From an uncultured bacterium (lineage in GTDB: Bacteria; Margulisbacteria; WOR-1; CAVSGV01), in NCBI GenBank assembly GCA_963699255.1, contig OY969425.1:330001-362000 (forward strand): a DNA stretch of 32,000 nucleotides. The letters run 5' to 3'. Of the stretch, positions 1 through 8,720 are shown piece by piece. Positions within the stretch are counted from its first letter, which is position 1, and every line of letters starts with the position of its first letter. The notes beneath the pieces were generated by a model. It saw only the letters and a list, made by a program, of their open reading frames with translations. It did no database searches and was not told the origin of the DNA. Both the position numbers and the translations under genes were made by a program.

Positions 1-645
1 AACCCGCTCAAGCTCCTTCTGATGTTCGTCGGCGCGTTTTCGATCGTTTTCGGCGCTCTTGCCGCGCTGGGGCAGAGTGACATGAAGAGGATGTTCGCTT
101 ATTCCAGCATCAGCCAGGTCGGCTATATAGTAATAGGGCTGGGCTGCGGCACGCCGCTTTCGGTCTTCGGCGCCATATTCCATCTGCTGAATCACGCGAT
201 ATTTAAATCCCTTTTGTTCGTTAATGCCGCCGCCGTGGAATCCCAGACCGGATCGAGGGACATGGACAAGATGTCGGGTCTCGCGGAAAAAATGCCGGTG
301 ACCGGCGTTACATCGCTTCTGGCGATGCTTTCAGCCTCGGGGATCCCTCCGCTTTCGGGTTTCTGGAGCAAACTCATCATTATCATGGCGCTCTGGATAT
401 CGGGTTATCATGTTTATGCCGTTATCGCCGTGTCTGCCAGTATTATCACGCTCGCTTATTTTCTCTCGATGCAGAGGCGCGTTTTCTTCGGCAAGACCGG
501 CGGTGAATTCGCCAATATAAAAGAAGCGGGAATTAAATTGCTAGTTCCTTCGCTCATGCTCGCATTATTGATAGTTCTCATAGGGATATTATTTCCTTTT
601 CTTGCGGGTCTGTACGTGAACCCGGCAGGATTATTGGGAGGATGA
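1..645 (+). CDS. Proton-translocating antiporter-like membrane subunit (MrpD/NuoN/NuoL-like) of hydrogenase/complex I-type assembly, 5' partial
   Basis: Frame 1 is open from base 1; protein contains MKRMFAYSSISQVGYIVIG, FHLLNHAIFKSLLF and SGIPPLSGFWSKLIII, typical of proton_antipo_M proteins; first member of a tightly packed operon. Confidence 0.88.
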   Translation, partial: NPLKLLLMFVGAFSIVFGALAALGQSDMKRMFAYSSISQVGYIVIGLGCGTPLSVFGAIFHLLNHAIFKSLLFVNAAAVESQTGSRDMDKMSGLAEKMPVTGVTSLLAMLSASGIPPLSGFWSKLIIIMALWISGYHVYAVIAVSASIITLAYFLSMQRRVFFGKTGGEFANIKEAGIKLLVPSLMLALLIVLIGILFPFLAGLYVNPAGLLGG

Positions 646-649
646 CTTT

Positions 650-1144
650 GTGGTGATAAACGAGGTACTTCTTATAGCTCTGATCGCGGCCGCGCTATGC
701 ACCGTTATGGCCAGAAGTCTGCTGCGATCCGCCATCTTTCTCGCGATTACGAGCGCGATACTTTCCGTGATCATGTTCAGGCTGGGCAGTCCTGTGGCCG
801 CCGTTTTCGAACTTTCGGTTTGCGCCGGGCTGATATCCGCGTTGTTCTTCTGCATAATAACCATCACGGAACCTCTGACGCCGGAAAAAGTGCGCGAAGA
901 AGCAAAGGCGAGATTCGAACGGTTCTGGTATTTGCCTCCTCTGGTCGTGCTGGCCGGGTTCATTCTGAGGTTCTTAAGCGTTACGATCGATGTTAAGCGG
1001 GCTGTTCCGATGGAGATCGCGGACGTCAGGAGCATTCTGTGGGGACAAAGGCAGCTTGACCTCATAGGGCAGATAATAATACTTCTCTGCGGGGTCTTCG
1101 GCATAGTCATATTATTGAAGGAGCTGAGGAAAAAACGTGGTTAG
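650..1144 (+). CDS. Small membrane subunit, MbhD/MrpB/NuoJ-like
   Basis: Hydrophobic ORF of 164 aa with GTG start in hydrogenase operon context; 'CAGLISALFFCIITI' segment resembles MrpB/NuoJ-like subunits. Confidence 0.65.
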   Translation: MVINEVLLIALIAAALCTVMARSLLRSAIFLAITSAILSVIMFRLGSPVAAVFELSVCAGLISALFFCIITITEPLTPEKVREEAKARFERFWYLPPLVVLAGFILRFLSVTIDVKRAVPMEIADVRSILWGQRQLDLIGQIIILLCGVFGIVILLKELRKKRG

Positions 1145-1457
1145 CATGCCGTTAAATATATTCTGGATCTTCAGCGTTTACATCATAGTCCTTTTCGTGA
1201 TGGGTTTGTATTGCATCCTGGTCACGCTCAATCTTGTAAGGGCGCTTATCGGGATCGAGATATTGATGAAGGCCGTTACGCTCCTGATAATAATCTCCGG
1301 TCAGGCTTGCGGCAGCGCGGCGCTTTCCCAGGCGATGATCATAACACTTATAGTGATTGAAACGGTCTTCATTGCGGTAGCTATGGGGATAGTCCTCTGC
1401 TTTTACAAGTATACCGGGTCTCTTGACACAAAGAACATGACCAAGCTGAAAGGATAA
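1137..1457 (+). CDS. NuoK/MrpC-like membrane subunit
   Basis: 106 aa; 'GLYCILVTLNLVRALIGIEILMKAVTLLIII...ALSQAMIITLIVIETVFIAVAMGIVL' matches the NuoK/MrpC pattern (GIE..., ...A..I..IVIE...A...). Confidence 0.85.
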   Translation: MVSMPLNIFWIFSVYIIVLFVMGLYCILVTLNLVRALIGIEILMKAVTLLIIISGQACGSAALSQAMIITLIVIETVFIAVAMGIVLCFYKYTGSLDTKNMTKLKG

Positions 1458-1460
1458 TAA

Positions 1461-1793
1461 ATGAACGATTATTTACTTACGCCGCCGGTCAGTTTCATGA
1501 TCATATTGGCGGCATCATGGCTTCTTTCGTATGCGTCGTCATTTCTCTCGTTCAAGAATAAGGGAACGACGGAGGGAGAAAAGAAAGCTTACGCCTGCGG
1601 AGAAGACAATTATGACAATATGGCCCGTCCCGATTACAGCCAGTTCTTCATTTTCGCGTTCTTTTTCACGCTCGCGCATGTTACCACTCTCATAATCACA
1701 ACGATGCCGAAAGGCGCGCTGGATGTTTTCCTTATCGCGACCGCTTACATCGTGGTGGGCCTTGTGTCATTGCTTATATTGTTCAGGAGTTGA
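1461..1793 (+). CDS. NuoA-like membrane subunit
   Basis: 110 aa with KKAYACGEDNY...DYSQFFIFAFFFTLAHVTTLII, resembling NuoA/NdhC-like 'Y-CG' region; operon context. Confidence 0.6.
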   Translation: MNDYLLTPPVSFMIILAASWLLSYASSFLSFKNKGTTEGEKKAYACGEDNYDNMARPDYSQFFIFAFFFTLAHVTTLIITTMPKGALDVFLIATAYIVVGLVSLLILFRS

Positions 1794-1800
1794 GGGAATG

Positions 1801-2232
1801 AAAGTCATCGATAAAATAGTGCTATGGTCAAGGCTAAAATCACCGTGGGTGCTGCATTTCAATACGGGAGCGTGCAACGCTTGCGACATAGAGATCGTTG
1901 CGGCGCTAACTCCAAAATTCGACCTGGAACGTTTCGGCATACTGCTTAAGGGCACGCCAAGGCATGCCGATATACTTCTGTGCTCGGGGCCGGTCACAAG
2001 GCAGATCGAGGACAGGTTGATAAGGATCTATGAACAGATGGCGGAACCGAAGTTCGTGGTCGCTGTGGGGACATGCGCGTGTTCGGGCGGGATCTTTGAC
2101 GGATGCTATAATGTTAAAGGCGGGATAAATTCCGTGATTCCAGTGTCTGCTTACATTCCCGGATGCCCCGCAAGCCCGAAAGCCATCATGGACGGAGTGG
2201 TCAAACTGCTCCAGAGCCTGGAGGGAAAATGA
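1801..2232 (+). CDS. [NiFe] hydrogenase small subunit / NuoB-like (group 4 type)
   Basis: ATG at 1801 (the 1723 start in the ORF track overlaps the previous gene); cysteines CNACDIE, GTCACSGG, IPGCPASP match the single proximal [4Fe-4S] cluster of group 4 small subunits. Confidence 0.9.
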   Translation, partial: KVIDKIVLWSRLKSPWVLHFNTGACNACDIEIVAALTPKFDLERFGILLKGTPRHADILLCSGPVTRQIEDRLIRIYEQMAEPKFVVAVGTCACSGGIFDGCYNVKGGINSVIPVSAYIPGCPASPKAIMDGVVKLLQSLEGK

Positions 2233-2702
2233 TGTCAGAAGAAGAAAAGATAAAACAGGGATTGACCGATAAGTTCAGTTATCTTCAGGACAGGGTTTTC
2301 GTGAAAAGGGCGAGGCGTATCTTTCTGGAAGTGAACATGGAAAAGTTCCCTGAGGTGTTCGATCATGCGGTAAGGTCATTGGGCTTTTCGATGCTCACAA
2401 CGATAACCGGTCTCGATGAAGGAGAAAGGTTCGGGCTCATATATCATCTGGCTTCCGAGACGGGCATAATGCTCAATATCAAGACGAGCATACCTAAAGG
2501 GACCCCCGTCCTTCAGACCGTCACGGGATATTTCCCGAGCGCTGAGATGTATGAAAGGGAAATGGCGGATCTTCTGGGCATAGACGTAAAGGGACTGCCG
2601 GAAGGGAACCGATACCCTCTTCCTGATGATTGGCCGGCGGGTCAATATCCGCTGCGCAAGGGCTTTAATAAAGATGTTCTGGATAAAAAGGAGATGCGTT
2701 GA
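2229..2702 (+). CDS. NuoC-like (30 kDa subunit-like) hydrogenase subunit
   Basis: ATGATG start overlapping the upstream TGA; 'MYEREMADLLGIDVKGLPEGNRYPLPDDWPAGQYPLRKGF' is the typical NuoC/HycE-N C-terminal signature. Confidence 0.88.
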   Translation: MMSEEEKIKQGLTDKFSYLQDRVFVKRARRIFLEVNMEKFPEVFDHAVRSLGFSMLTTITGLDEGERFGLIYHLASETGIMLNIKTSIPKGTPVLQTVTGYFPSAEMYEREMADLLGIDVKGLPEGNRYPLPDDWPAGQYPLRKGFNKDVLDKKEMR

Positions 2703-3925
2703 TCATGGGTGAAGAAAAAGAATTCAAGATACCTATAGGGCCCCAGCATCCTGCCCTGAAAGAGCCCGTCAGCTTCAGCCTCGCGCTTAGAGGCGAGAAG
2801 ATAATGGGCGTCGATGTGCGTCTGGGCTATAACCACCGGGGCATAGAAAAGGCCTGTGAGGAGAGGACCTATGTCCAGGATGTTTATCTGGTAGAGAGAA
2901 TATGCGGCATCTGCTCCCACGCGCATTCCACCTGTTTTGTTCAGGCAGTCGAGGAGATCGCGGGACTAGAAGTTCCGAGACGCGCTCTTTATATACGAAC
3001 ATTGATAGGGGAACTGGAAAGGGTACACAGCCATCTCTTGTGGCTCGGCGTCGCGGGGCATGAAATAGGTTTTGACACGCTTTTGATGTTCACATGGCGG
3101 GACAGGGAAGTCGTCATGGATCTTCTTGCCTTGCTGACAGGGAACCGCGTCAATTACGGGATCAACACTATCGGCGGGGTGAGGAGAGATATCAGGGCGG
3201 AGGATATCAAAGAAATACTCAAGGCCATGGATATTCTGGAGGACAGGACAAAATATTATATTGAAGTCGCCACTCAGGAGACGACGGTCGTGAACAGGCT
3301 TTCCGGGGTCGGGGTTCTTTCTCATGATGATGCGATCAAGCTTGGCGCGGTCGGACCCACTGCCCGCGCATCGTCGCTGTCCAGGGATATAAGGCGGGAC
3401 GATCCATATGCTGCCTACGGGGAAATGAATTTTGAAGTTATTACCGATGATCACAACGATGTTTTTGGCCGGGCGGTCGTCAGGCTTAAAGAACTCCTTG
3501 AATCATACAAGATCGTCAGACAGGCTGTCGGGGCTCTCCCCGAAGGCCCTATCACCGTGAAAGCCCCCAGGAAGATACCGGCGGGCGAAGCCGTAAGCCG
3601 TTACGAAGCTCCAAGGGGAGAGGATATGCATTACGTGAAATCGAACGGCACGGATAAGCCGGAAAGGGTGAAGGTCCGGGCGCCGACGCTCGCGAACATT
3701 CAGGCGGTAAGAACAATGCTGCGCGACAGGTATCTGGCAGACATGCCTATAGTTGTTGCAGCGATAGACCCGTGTTTCTCCTGCACCGACAGGCTGATAC
3801 AGATAGAGAGGCAGGATAATAACAGAACGGAGATCATCGAGTGGCAGGAACTCCGCGACTACAGCATTGAGTGGTATCGCAGGCGAGGGATAGATTTTAA
3901 GAACGTGGGGAAGAGCAAAAGATGA
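2699..3925 (+). CDS. Group 4 [NiFe] hydrogenase large (catalytic) subunit, NuoD-like
   Basis: N-terminal RICGICSHAHS and C-terminal DPCFSCTDR: both CxxC nickel-ligand motifs retained, unlike true NuoD. Start may be TTG 2699 or ATG 2705. Confidence 0.95.
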   Translation: MIMGEEKEFKIPIGPQHPALKEPVSFSLALRGEKIMGVDVRLGYNHRGIEKACEERTYVQDVYLVERICGICSHAHSTCFVQAVEEIAGLEVPRRALYIRTLIGELERVHSHLLWLGVAGHEIGFDTLLMFTWRDREVVMDLLALLTGNRVNYGINTIGGVRRDIRAEDIKEILKAMDILEDRTKYYIEVATQETTVVNRLSGVGVLSHDDAIKLGAVGPTARASSLSRDIRRDDPYAAYGEMNFEVITDDHNDVFGRAVVRLKELLESYKIVRQAVGALPEGPITVKAPRKIPAGEAVSRYEAPRGEDMHYVKSNGTDKPERVKVRAPTLANIQAVRTMLRDRYLADMPIVVAAIDPCFSCTDRLIQIERQDNNRTEIIEWQELRDYSIEWYRRRGIDFKNVGKSKR

Positions 3926-4860
3926 ACGGTCTTTTATCTATCCTGATATTTCCGGGATTATTATTTTTAGGCATATTCGCCCTGATCGCTGAATATGCGG
4001 ACAGGAAAATTTACGCGAGGCTGCAGAACAGGGTAGGGCCTCCGTTTTTCCAGCCGCTCGCCGATTTCATCAAGCTTCTCGCAAAAGAGGAGATAATTCC
4101 TGAAGACGCAAACCCTCAAATGTTCAAGCTTGCTCCTTTGTTCGCGCTCGCGGCGGTGGTTACATCGGTATTTTACATGCCGCTGTGGAAGACCGGCGCG
4201 CTTTTCTCTTTTACGGGAGACGCGATAGTCGTCCTTTATCTGCTCACAATTCCGACGATGGCGTTCTTCATCGGAGGATGGTATTCTTCGTCCCTTTTCG
4301 CGAGGATAGGATCGGTAAGGGCAGTTGTTGCCCTGTTTTCCTATGAAGTTCCATTGTTCATGGGCGTGCTTTCATCGGCGATGCTCGCCGACTCATGGTC
4401 CCTTTCGGGCATCGCATTATTCTATGAAAAGCACCCCTGGTTCTGGCTTTTCAACCTGATCGGTTTTGGGGTTTCATTGACCGCTTTGCTCGGGAAGCTG
4501 GAAAAAGGCCCGTTCGATATCCCCGAAGCCGAAACGGAGATCGTGGCGGGAGCTTTCACGGAATACAGCGGCAGGTTCCTTGCCATACTGAGGTTGGTCA
4601 TAGACATGGAAATGGTCGTAGGTGCCTCGCTTCTGGCGGCGGTTTTCCTTCCGTTCGGCTTGACCCTTGTACCCGCTGCCGGCTTCATACTATATGTCAT
4701 AAAAGTCTTCTTTGTGGTAGCCCTGATTTCATTGATGCGCACGGTCATGGCGCGCCTCAGGATAGACCAGATGATAGAGTTTTGCTGGAAGTATCTGGTC
4801 CCGCTCGGGATGCTTCAGCTTCTTATTAACTTCCTTATAAAAGGGGTAATTTTGCCATGA
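3922..4860 (+). CDS. NuoH/EchB/MbhM-like membrane subunit
   Basis: ATGA overlap with the large subunit; 'RLQNRVGPPFFQPLADFIKLLAKEE', 'GPFDIPEAETEIVAGAFTEYSG' are diagnostic for the NuoH family. Confidence 0.95.
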   Translation: MNGLLSILIFPGLLFLGIFALIAEYADRKIYARLQNRVGPPFFQPLADFIKLLAKEEIIPEDANPQMFKLAPLFALAAVVTSVFYMPLWKTGALFSFTGDAIVVLYLLTIPTMAFFIGGWYSSSLFARIGSVRAVVALFSYEVPLFMGVLSSAMLADSWSLSGIALFYEKHPWFWLFNLIGFGVSLTALLGKLEKGPFDIPEAETEIVAGAFTEYSGRFLAILRLVIDMEMVVGASLLAAVFLPFGLTLVPAAGFILYVIKVFFVVALISLMRTVMARLRIDQMIEFCWKYLVPLGMLQLLINFLIKGVILP

Positions 4861-5246
4861 AGTTCGGCACCACGAGGCTTGGCAAAATGATATTGGAGGT
4901 CCTTCGAACGTTCCTTAAAAAACCGGCCACAATTCTGTATCCGGCTGAAAAAATAGATATGCCGGAGAAGTTCAGGGGCAGGATCAAGTTCTATCCCGAA
5001 AAGTGCATAGGCTGCATGCTCTGCATGAAAGATTGTCCTTCAAATGCCATAAAGATAAGCAAACTTCCGGACGGAAAATTCGAAGCGGAAATAGACCTTG
5101 ATAAGTGCATTTACTGCGCGCAGTGCGTTGATTCCTGCCCGAGGAAAGCCCTAGAAGCGACAAAAGACGTGGAGCTCGCGCAGCTGGACAGCAAAAAATT
5201 AAAGGTTGTGCTACGTGCGGGACCTCAGGAACAAACTCAAAAGTAA
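4857..5246 (+). CDS. 2x[4Fe-4S] ferredoxin-like subunit (NuoI/MbhN-like)
   Basis: Two CxxCxxCxxxCP motifs: CIGCMLCMKDCP and CIYCAQCVDSCP. Confidence 0.93.
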   Translation: MKFGTTRLGKMILEVLRTFLKKPATILYPAEKIDMPEKFRGRIKFYPEKCIGCMLCMKDCPSNAIKISKLPDGKFEAEIDLDKCIYCAQCVDSCPRKALEATKDVELAQLDSKKLKVVLRAGPQEQTQK

Positions 5247-5721
5247 CCTCAAAGGCGCCACAAGAATAGCGGTCCTGGGTGTTGGTTCCGATCTTAGGGC
5301 CGATGATTTTGCCGGCATGCTTGTCGCGCAGGAACTGGATAGCTCCTCAAAAACCATAAACAGGTCGACGCAGTTCAAAGTGTTCTTCGGCCATACCGCC
5401 CCGGAAAACCTTTCGGGTGAGATAAGGAATTTCAATCCAAGCCACGTCATCATTATCGACGCAGCTGAGGTCGGTAAAAAGGCCGGTCAGGTCGCATTCT
5501 TTACACCGGAAGACGCGGGTGGGATCTCTTTTTCAACCCACAAGCTCCCGATAAAAGTGCTTGCCCAATATCTTACTGAATCTTTCGGGTGCAAGGTCGC
5601 CATCATAGGCATCCAGCCGAAGACCCTTGATTTTGACAAGCCAGTTTCAAAGGAAGTGAGAACATCCGTGAAAGTCGTTTCTAAAACCGTAAAGGATGTT
5701 ATAATCAGCTCCGGGAAGTAA
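5206..5721 (+). CDS. hycI: Hydrogenase maturation protease, HycI family
   Basis: 'IAVLGVGSDLRADDFAGMLVAQEL' and 'IIIDAAEVGKKAGQ...STHKLPIKVLAQYL...IGIQPKTLDF' match HycI-type endopeptidases; overlaps ferredoxin gene, GTG start. Confidence 0.9.
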   Translation: MCYVRDLRNKLKSNLKGATRIAVLGVGSDLRADDFAGMLVAQELDSSSKTINRSTQFKVFFGHTAPENLSGEIRNFNPSHVIIIDAAEVGKKAGQVAFFTPEDAGGISFSTHKLPIKVLAQYLTESFGCKVAIIGIQPKTLDFDKPVSKEVRTSVKVVSKTVKDVIISSGK

Positions 5722-5738
5722 AAGGAAAAGGGGATATC

Positions 5739-5851
5739 GGAATATGGGAATTAAGTTTGGGGATATGGGAACATGGGGATATAGGAAAAAATGGGTCCCA
5801 ATTTCCCGATTCCCTACTTTCCTAAACCATGTCCCAGTATTCCTATATTCC
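5739..5851. repeat. Imperfect inverted repeat in intergenic region
   Basis: ggaatatgggaat (5739-5751) versus reverse complement of attcctatattcc (5839-5851) matches 12/13; G/A-rich left half followed by C/T-rich right half. Confidence 0.6.
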
Positions 5852-5935
5852 TGTATTTCCATTTATTGAGGGTGTGAGCAAAGCGAGCGGGGGTTATTCT
5901 AGGGTTTATACAGGTTTCAAAAGGAGGGGATAGTT

Positions 5936-6316
5936 GTGGCGACTTTTAAAGTTTTGATGATAGATGATGAAGTGAACTATCCGATGGCGTTCAAGTTCCT
6001 TATGGAATCAAAGGGCGGTTACGAGGTCTATCTGGCAACGACCGGCGAGGAAGGGCTGGAAATGGCCAAAGAAAAGAAACCCGACATGATATTTCTTGAC
6101 GTTATGATGCCTGGCTTCGATGGTATAGAAACGCTTAAAAGATTAAAGGCCGATAGCGGGCTGAAGAACATCCCTGTGGTCATGCTTACGGCAGTTGTTA
6201 CTGAAAAAGCAAAGGCGGAATCCCATAATTTACAGGTTGAAGGTTATTTGAGTAAACCGCTTGAAATGGACGTTTTGCTGGCAAAGATAGAAGAGATAAA
6301 AAGCCGGGTCACCTGA
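5936..6316 (+). CDS. Stand-alone CheY-like response regulator receiver domain protein
   Basis: 126 aa: 'KVLMIDDEVNY', 'PDMIFLDVMMPGFDGIE', 'VVMLTAVV', 'GYLSKPLEMDVL'; Asp-Asp/Asp/Thr/Lys residues present, no output domain; SD aaggagggg before GTG. Confidence 0.92.
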   Translation: MATFKVLMIDDEVNYPMAFKFLMESKGGYEVYLATTGEEGLEMAKEKKPDMIFLDVMMPGFDGIETLKRLKADSGLKNIPVVMLTAVVTEKAKAESHNLQVEGYLSKPLEMDVLLAKIEEIKSRVT

Positions 6317-6380
6317 GGCGGTCGGTTTCCGCGGTATTTTCGCATGGCAAATTGTTGAAAAATATAGGATAATCACCGCT

Positions 6381-6635
6381 ATGAACCATATCTTTTTTAT
6401 TGGAGCTTCTGCCGCTTTATTGACCACTGCAGGATTTTTCCCCCAGGTCATAAAAGCCCATAAAACAAGGCACACAAAAGATCTTTCGCTTATAATGTAT
6501 ATCTTGCTTTGCGCCGGCCTGATCCTCTGGGTAGCTTACGGGCTTTTGCTGAGGCAAGCTCCAATCATCGCCGCAAATGCGGTCACTTTGGTGTTATGCC
6601 TCTATATCGTTTTCCTGAAGATAAAATACGGATAG
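6381..6635 (+). CDS. SemiSWEET / MtN3-PQ-loop family transporter
   Basis: 84 aa, three hydrophobic segments, 'TTAGFFPQVIKAHKTRHTKDLSLIMYILLCAGLILWVAYGLLL' is a PQ-loop signature. Confidence 0.9.
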   Translation: MNHIFFIGASAALLTTAGFFPQVIKAHKTRHTKDLSLIMYILLCAGLILWVAYGLLLRQAPIIAANAVTLVLCLYIVFLKIKYG

Positions 6636-6649
6636 ATGGGGCAGGGGCA

Positions 6650-6696
6650 CCACACATTCAAATGTGTGGAATTTACCCCACTCATTAGTGTGGGGT
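6650..6696. promoter_or_regulatory. Two adjacent short hairpins between SemiSWEET and FMN reductase genes
   Basis: CCACACATT-CA-AATGTGTGG (6650-6669, perfect 9-bp arms) then ACCCCAC-N8-GTGGGGT (6675-6696, 7-bp arms). Confidence 0.5.
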
Positions 6697-6722
6697 GTTA
6701 GCTGAAATTAATAGGGGGGGAC

Positions 6723-7262
6723 ATGTTCATTCCCGTTATATTAGGGACCGCCAGGGCAGGCAGGCAATCGGAAAAAGTGGCTAATTTTATTATTGAAGAA
6801 ACTAAAAAAGCCGGCTTTGAGACCGCTTTGATCGATGTTCGCGATCTCAGGACCAGCGCAACGGATAACTCTCAAAGTTCCCCTCAGGCAAAGAAATTGA
6901 TCCCGATTATCGAAAAGGCCGATGCTTTGATCATAGTTTCCCCGGAATACAACCATGGCTATCCGGGAGAGCTTAAGCTTATGCTGGATCTGCTTTACAA
7001 GCAATACGCGAGGAAACCTGTGAGCTTTTGCGGTGTTTCCGCCGGAGGCTTGGGCGGGGCCAGAGTGGTTGAACAGCTGAGACAGGTGGTTGTTGAACTC
7101 CACATGGTGCCGATAAGGGAGGCTTTGTATTTTCCCGTTGTCCAAGATCTGTTCGATGAAGGAGGTAAATTGAAGTCCCCCGATTCATACAAGGACAAGA
7201 TAAAGAGCTTTTTTACTGAATTGACTTGGTATGCCGATGCTTTGAGATCGGCGAGCAAATAA
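6723..7262 (+). CDS. NADPH-dependent FMN reductase / flavodoxin-like fold protein
   Basis: '[20 protein letters not shown]', '[26 protein letters not shown]', '[23 protein letters not shown]' typical of the family. Confidence 0.92.
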   Translation: MFIPVILGTARAGRQSEKVANFIIEETKKAGFETALIDVRDLRTSATDNSQSSPQAKKLIPIIEKADALIIVSPEYNHGYPGELKLMLDLLYKQYARKPVSFCGVSAGGLGGARVVEQLRQVVVELHMVPIREALYFPVVQDLFDEGGKLKSPDSYKDKIKSFFTELTWYADALRSASK

Positions 7263-7279
7263 AAAAGGGAGGGATATTT

Positions 7280-7897
7280 ATGGTAGAAGGAAAGTTTTAC
7301 AGTCTGCCGGATCTGTCTTATGGTTACAATGAGTTGGCTCCGCACATGTCCGAGGAACAGTTGAAGATCCATCATGACAAGCACCACATGGCATATGTCA
7401 AAGGTGCGAACGCCATACTTGAGAGGCTTGATAAAGCCAGGATCGACAAAGCGGACCTGGACATGAAGGCGACATTAAAGGACTTATCCTTCCAGATCGG
7501 CGGGCATGTGCTGCATTCCCTGTTCTGGGGTAATCTGGCTCCTGCCGGAAAGGGCGGGGGCGCTCCTGTCTCCACGCTTGCAAAAGAGATAGAAAAGGAA
7601 TTCGGGTCTTTCGAAAGGTTCAAGAAGGAATTTTCTGCGGCTGCCGCAGGTGTTGAAGGATCCGGATGGGCGGCCCTGACATACTGCATGCATACAAAGC
7701 GGCTTATCATAATGCAGATAGAAAAGCATAATACGAACGTATATCCGATGTTCGGCATCGTGCTTGTGATAGACGTTTTTGAGCATGCCTATTACATCGA
7801 TTACAAGAACGAAAGGGCCAAATTCATCGATGCCTTCTGGAATATAGTGAATTGGGCGGAGGTCAACAAAAGGCTAGAAAACCTCTTGAAAAAGTAA
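7280..7897 (+). CDS. Fe/Mn superoxide dismutase
   Basis: ATG 7280 after SD gggaggg; '[29 protein letters not shown]', '[15 protein letters not shown]', '[17 protein letters not shown]'. Confidence 0.94.
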   Translation: MVEGKFYSLPDLSYGYNELAPHMSEEQLKIHHDKHHMAYVKGANAILERLDKARIDKADLDMKATLKDLSFQIGGHVLHSLFWGNLAPAGKGGGAPVSTLAKEIEKEFGSFERFKKEFSAAAAGVEGSGWAALTYCMHTKRLIIMQIEKHNTNVYPMFGIVLVIDVFEHAYYIDYKNERAKFIDAFWNIVNWAEVNKRLENLLKK

Positions 7898-7905
7898 GTG
7901 CAATT

Positions 7906-8667
7906 ATGACCCCCCAAGACACAAGCTGGGAAAAAGTAGCCAACTGGTACGACAAACACGTTTCTGAAGCATCCGATTACCATCGCGACATCATCATACC
8001 CGGTGCATTAAAGCTCCTGGACGCCAAAAGAGGAGAGAAGATCCTTGATGTGGGGTGCGGTCAGGGAGAACTCTGCAGGGAGCTTGCAAAGATCGGCGTT
8101 CATGTTGTCGGTATCGATGCCTCCAAGAAACTTATAGATATAGCAAAAAAGAGATCCGGAGAGAAATATAATATCCACTTCAGGGTTTCGGATGCGGGCG
8201 ATCTGGAGGGGATACAGGACGGGACGTTCGATGCCGCGTGCTCGATACTCGCGATACAGAACATGGAAAACCTTGATGCGGTCGCAAAAGAAATGTCGAG
8301 GGTGGTCAAGAGGGGAGGGCGTATCCTGTGGGTGCTGAACCATCCGTGCTTCAGGATCCCGAGACAGAGCGGGTGGGGGTTTGACGAAAAAAGAAAACTT
8401 CAGTACCGGCGCATAGACCGTTACATGAGTGAAAATAAGATACCCATACAGATGCATCCGGGCTCATCTCCGAACATATACACCTGGACTTTTCACCGGC
8501 CATTATCGGGTTACTTTGATCAATTCAATTCCCGCGGATTTGCGGTAACAAAGCTTGAAGAATGGATATCCCACAGGAAGAGCAAGCCGGGGGCGTCCGC
8601 AAGGTCCGAGAATGCGGCGAGGGAAGAGATCCCTCTGTTCCTGGCTATCTTAGCCGTCAAAATTTGA
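7906..8667 (+). CDS. Class I SAM-dependent methyltransferase
   Basis: 'EKILDVGCGQGELCRELAKIGVHVVGIDAS' motif I and 'VVKRGGRILWVLNHP'. ATG at 7906 chosen. Confidence 0.88.
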   Translation: MTPQDTSWEKVANWYDKHVSEASDYHRDIIIPGALKLLDAKRGEKILDVGCGQGELCRELAKIGVHVVGIDASKKLIDIAKKRSGEKYNIHFRVSDAGDLEGIQDGTFDAACSILAIQNMENLDAVAKEMSRVVKRGGRILWVLNHPCFRIPRQSGWGFDEKRKLQYRRIDRYMSENKIPIQMHPGSSPNIYTWTFHRPLSGYFDQFNSRGFAVTKLEEWISHRKSKPGASARSENAAREEIPLFLAILAVKI

Positions 8668-8720
8668 TTTGTTGCCGGTATAGATGTAAACTTGCGTGAC
8701 AGGACAGGGAGGTGTTCATT

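Noticed and set aside
697-996. 99-aa ORF overlapping the NuoJ-like subunit
   Set aside because: Alternative frame inside a gene fitting the operon; composition rich in Arg/His as expected for out-of-frame translation.
2966-3454. 162-aa minus-strand ORF within the hydrogenase large subunit
   Set aside because: Antisense shadow of a strongly conserved gene.
2699-3925. Interpretation as true complex I (NuoD)
   Set aside because: Both nickel-ligand CxxC motifs (RICGIC, DPCFSC) are intact and a HycI protease is encoded, which fits a [NiFe] hydrogenase.
5647-5862. 71-aa minus ORF MEIQEYRNTGTWFRKVGNREIG...
   Set aside because: Translation of the intergenic purine/pyrimidine repeat; protein-like appearance is an artefact of repeated words.
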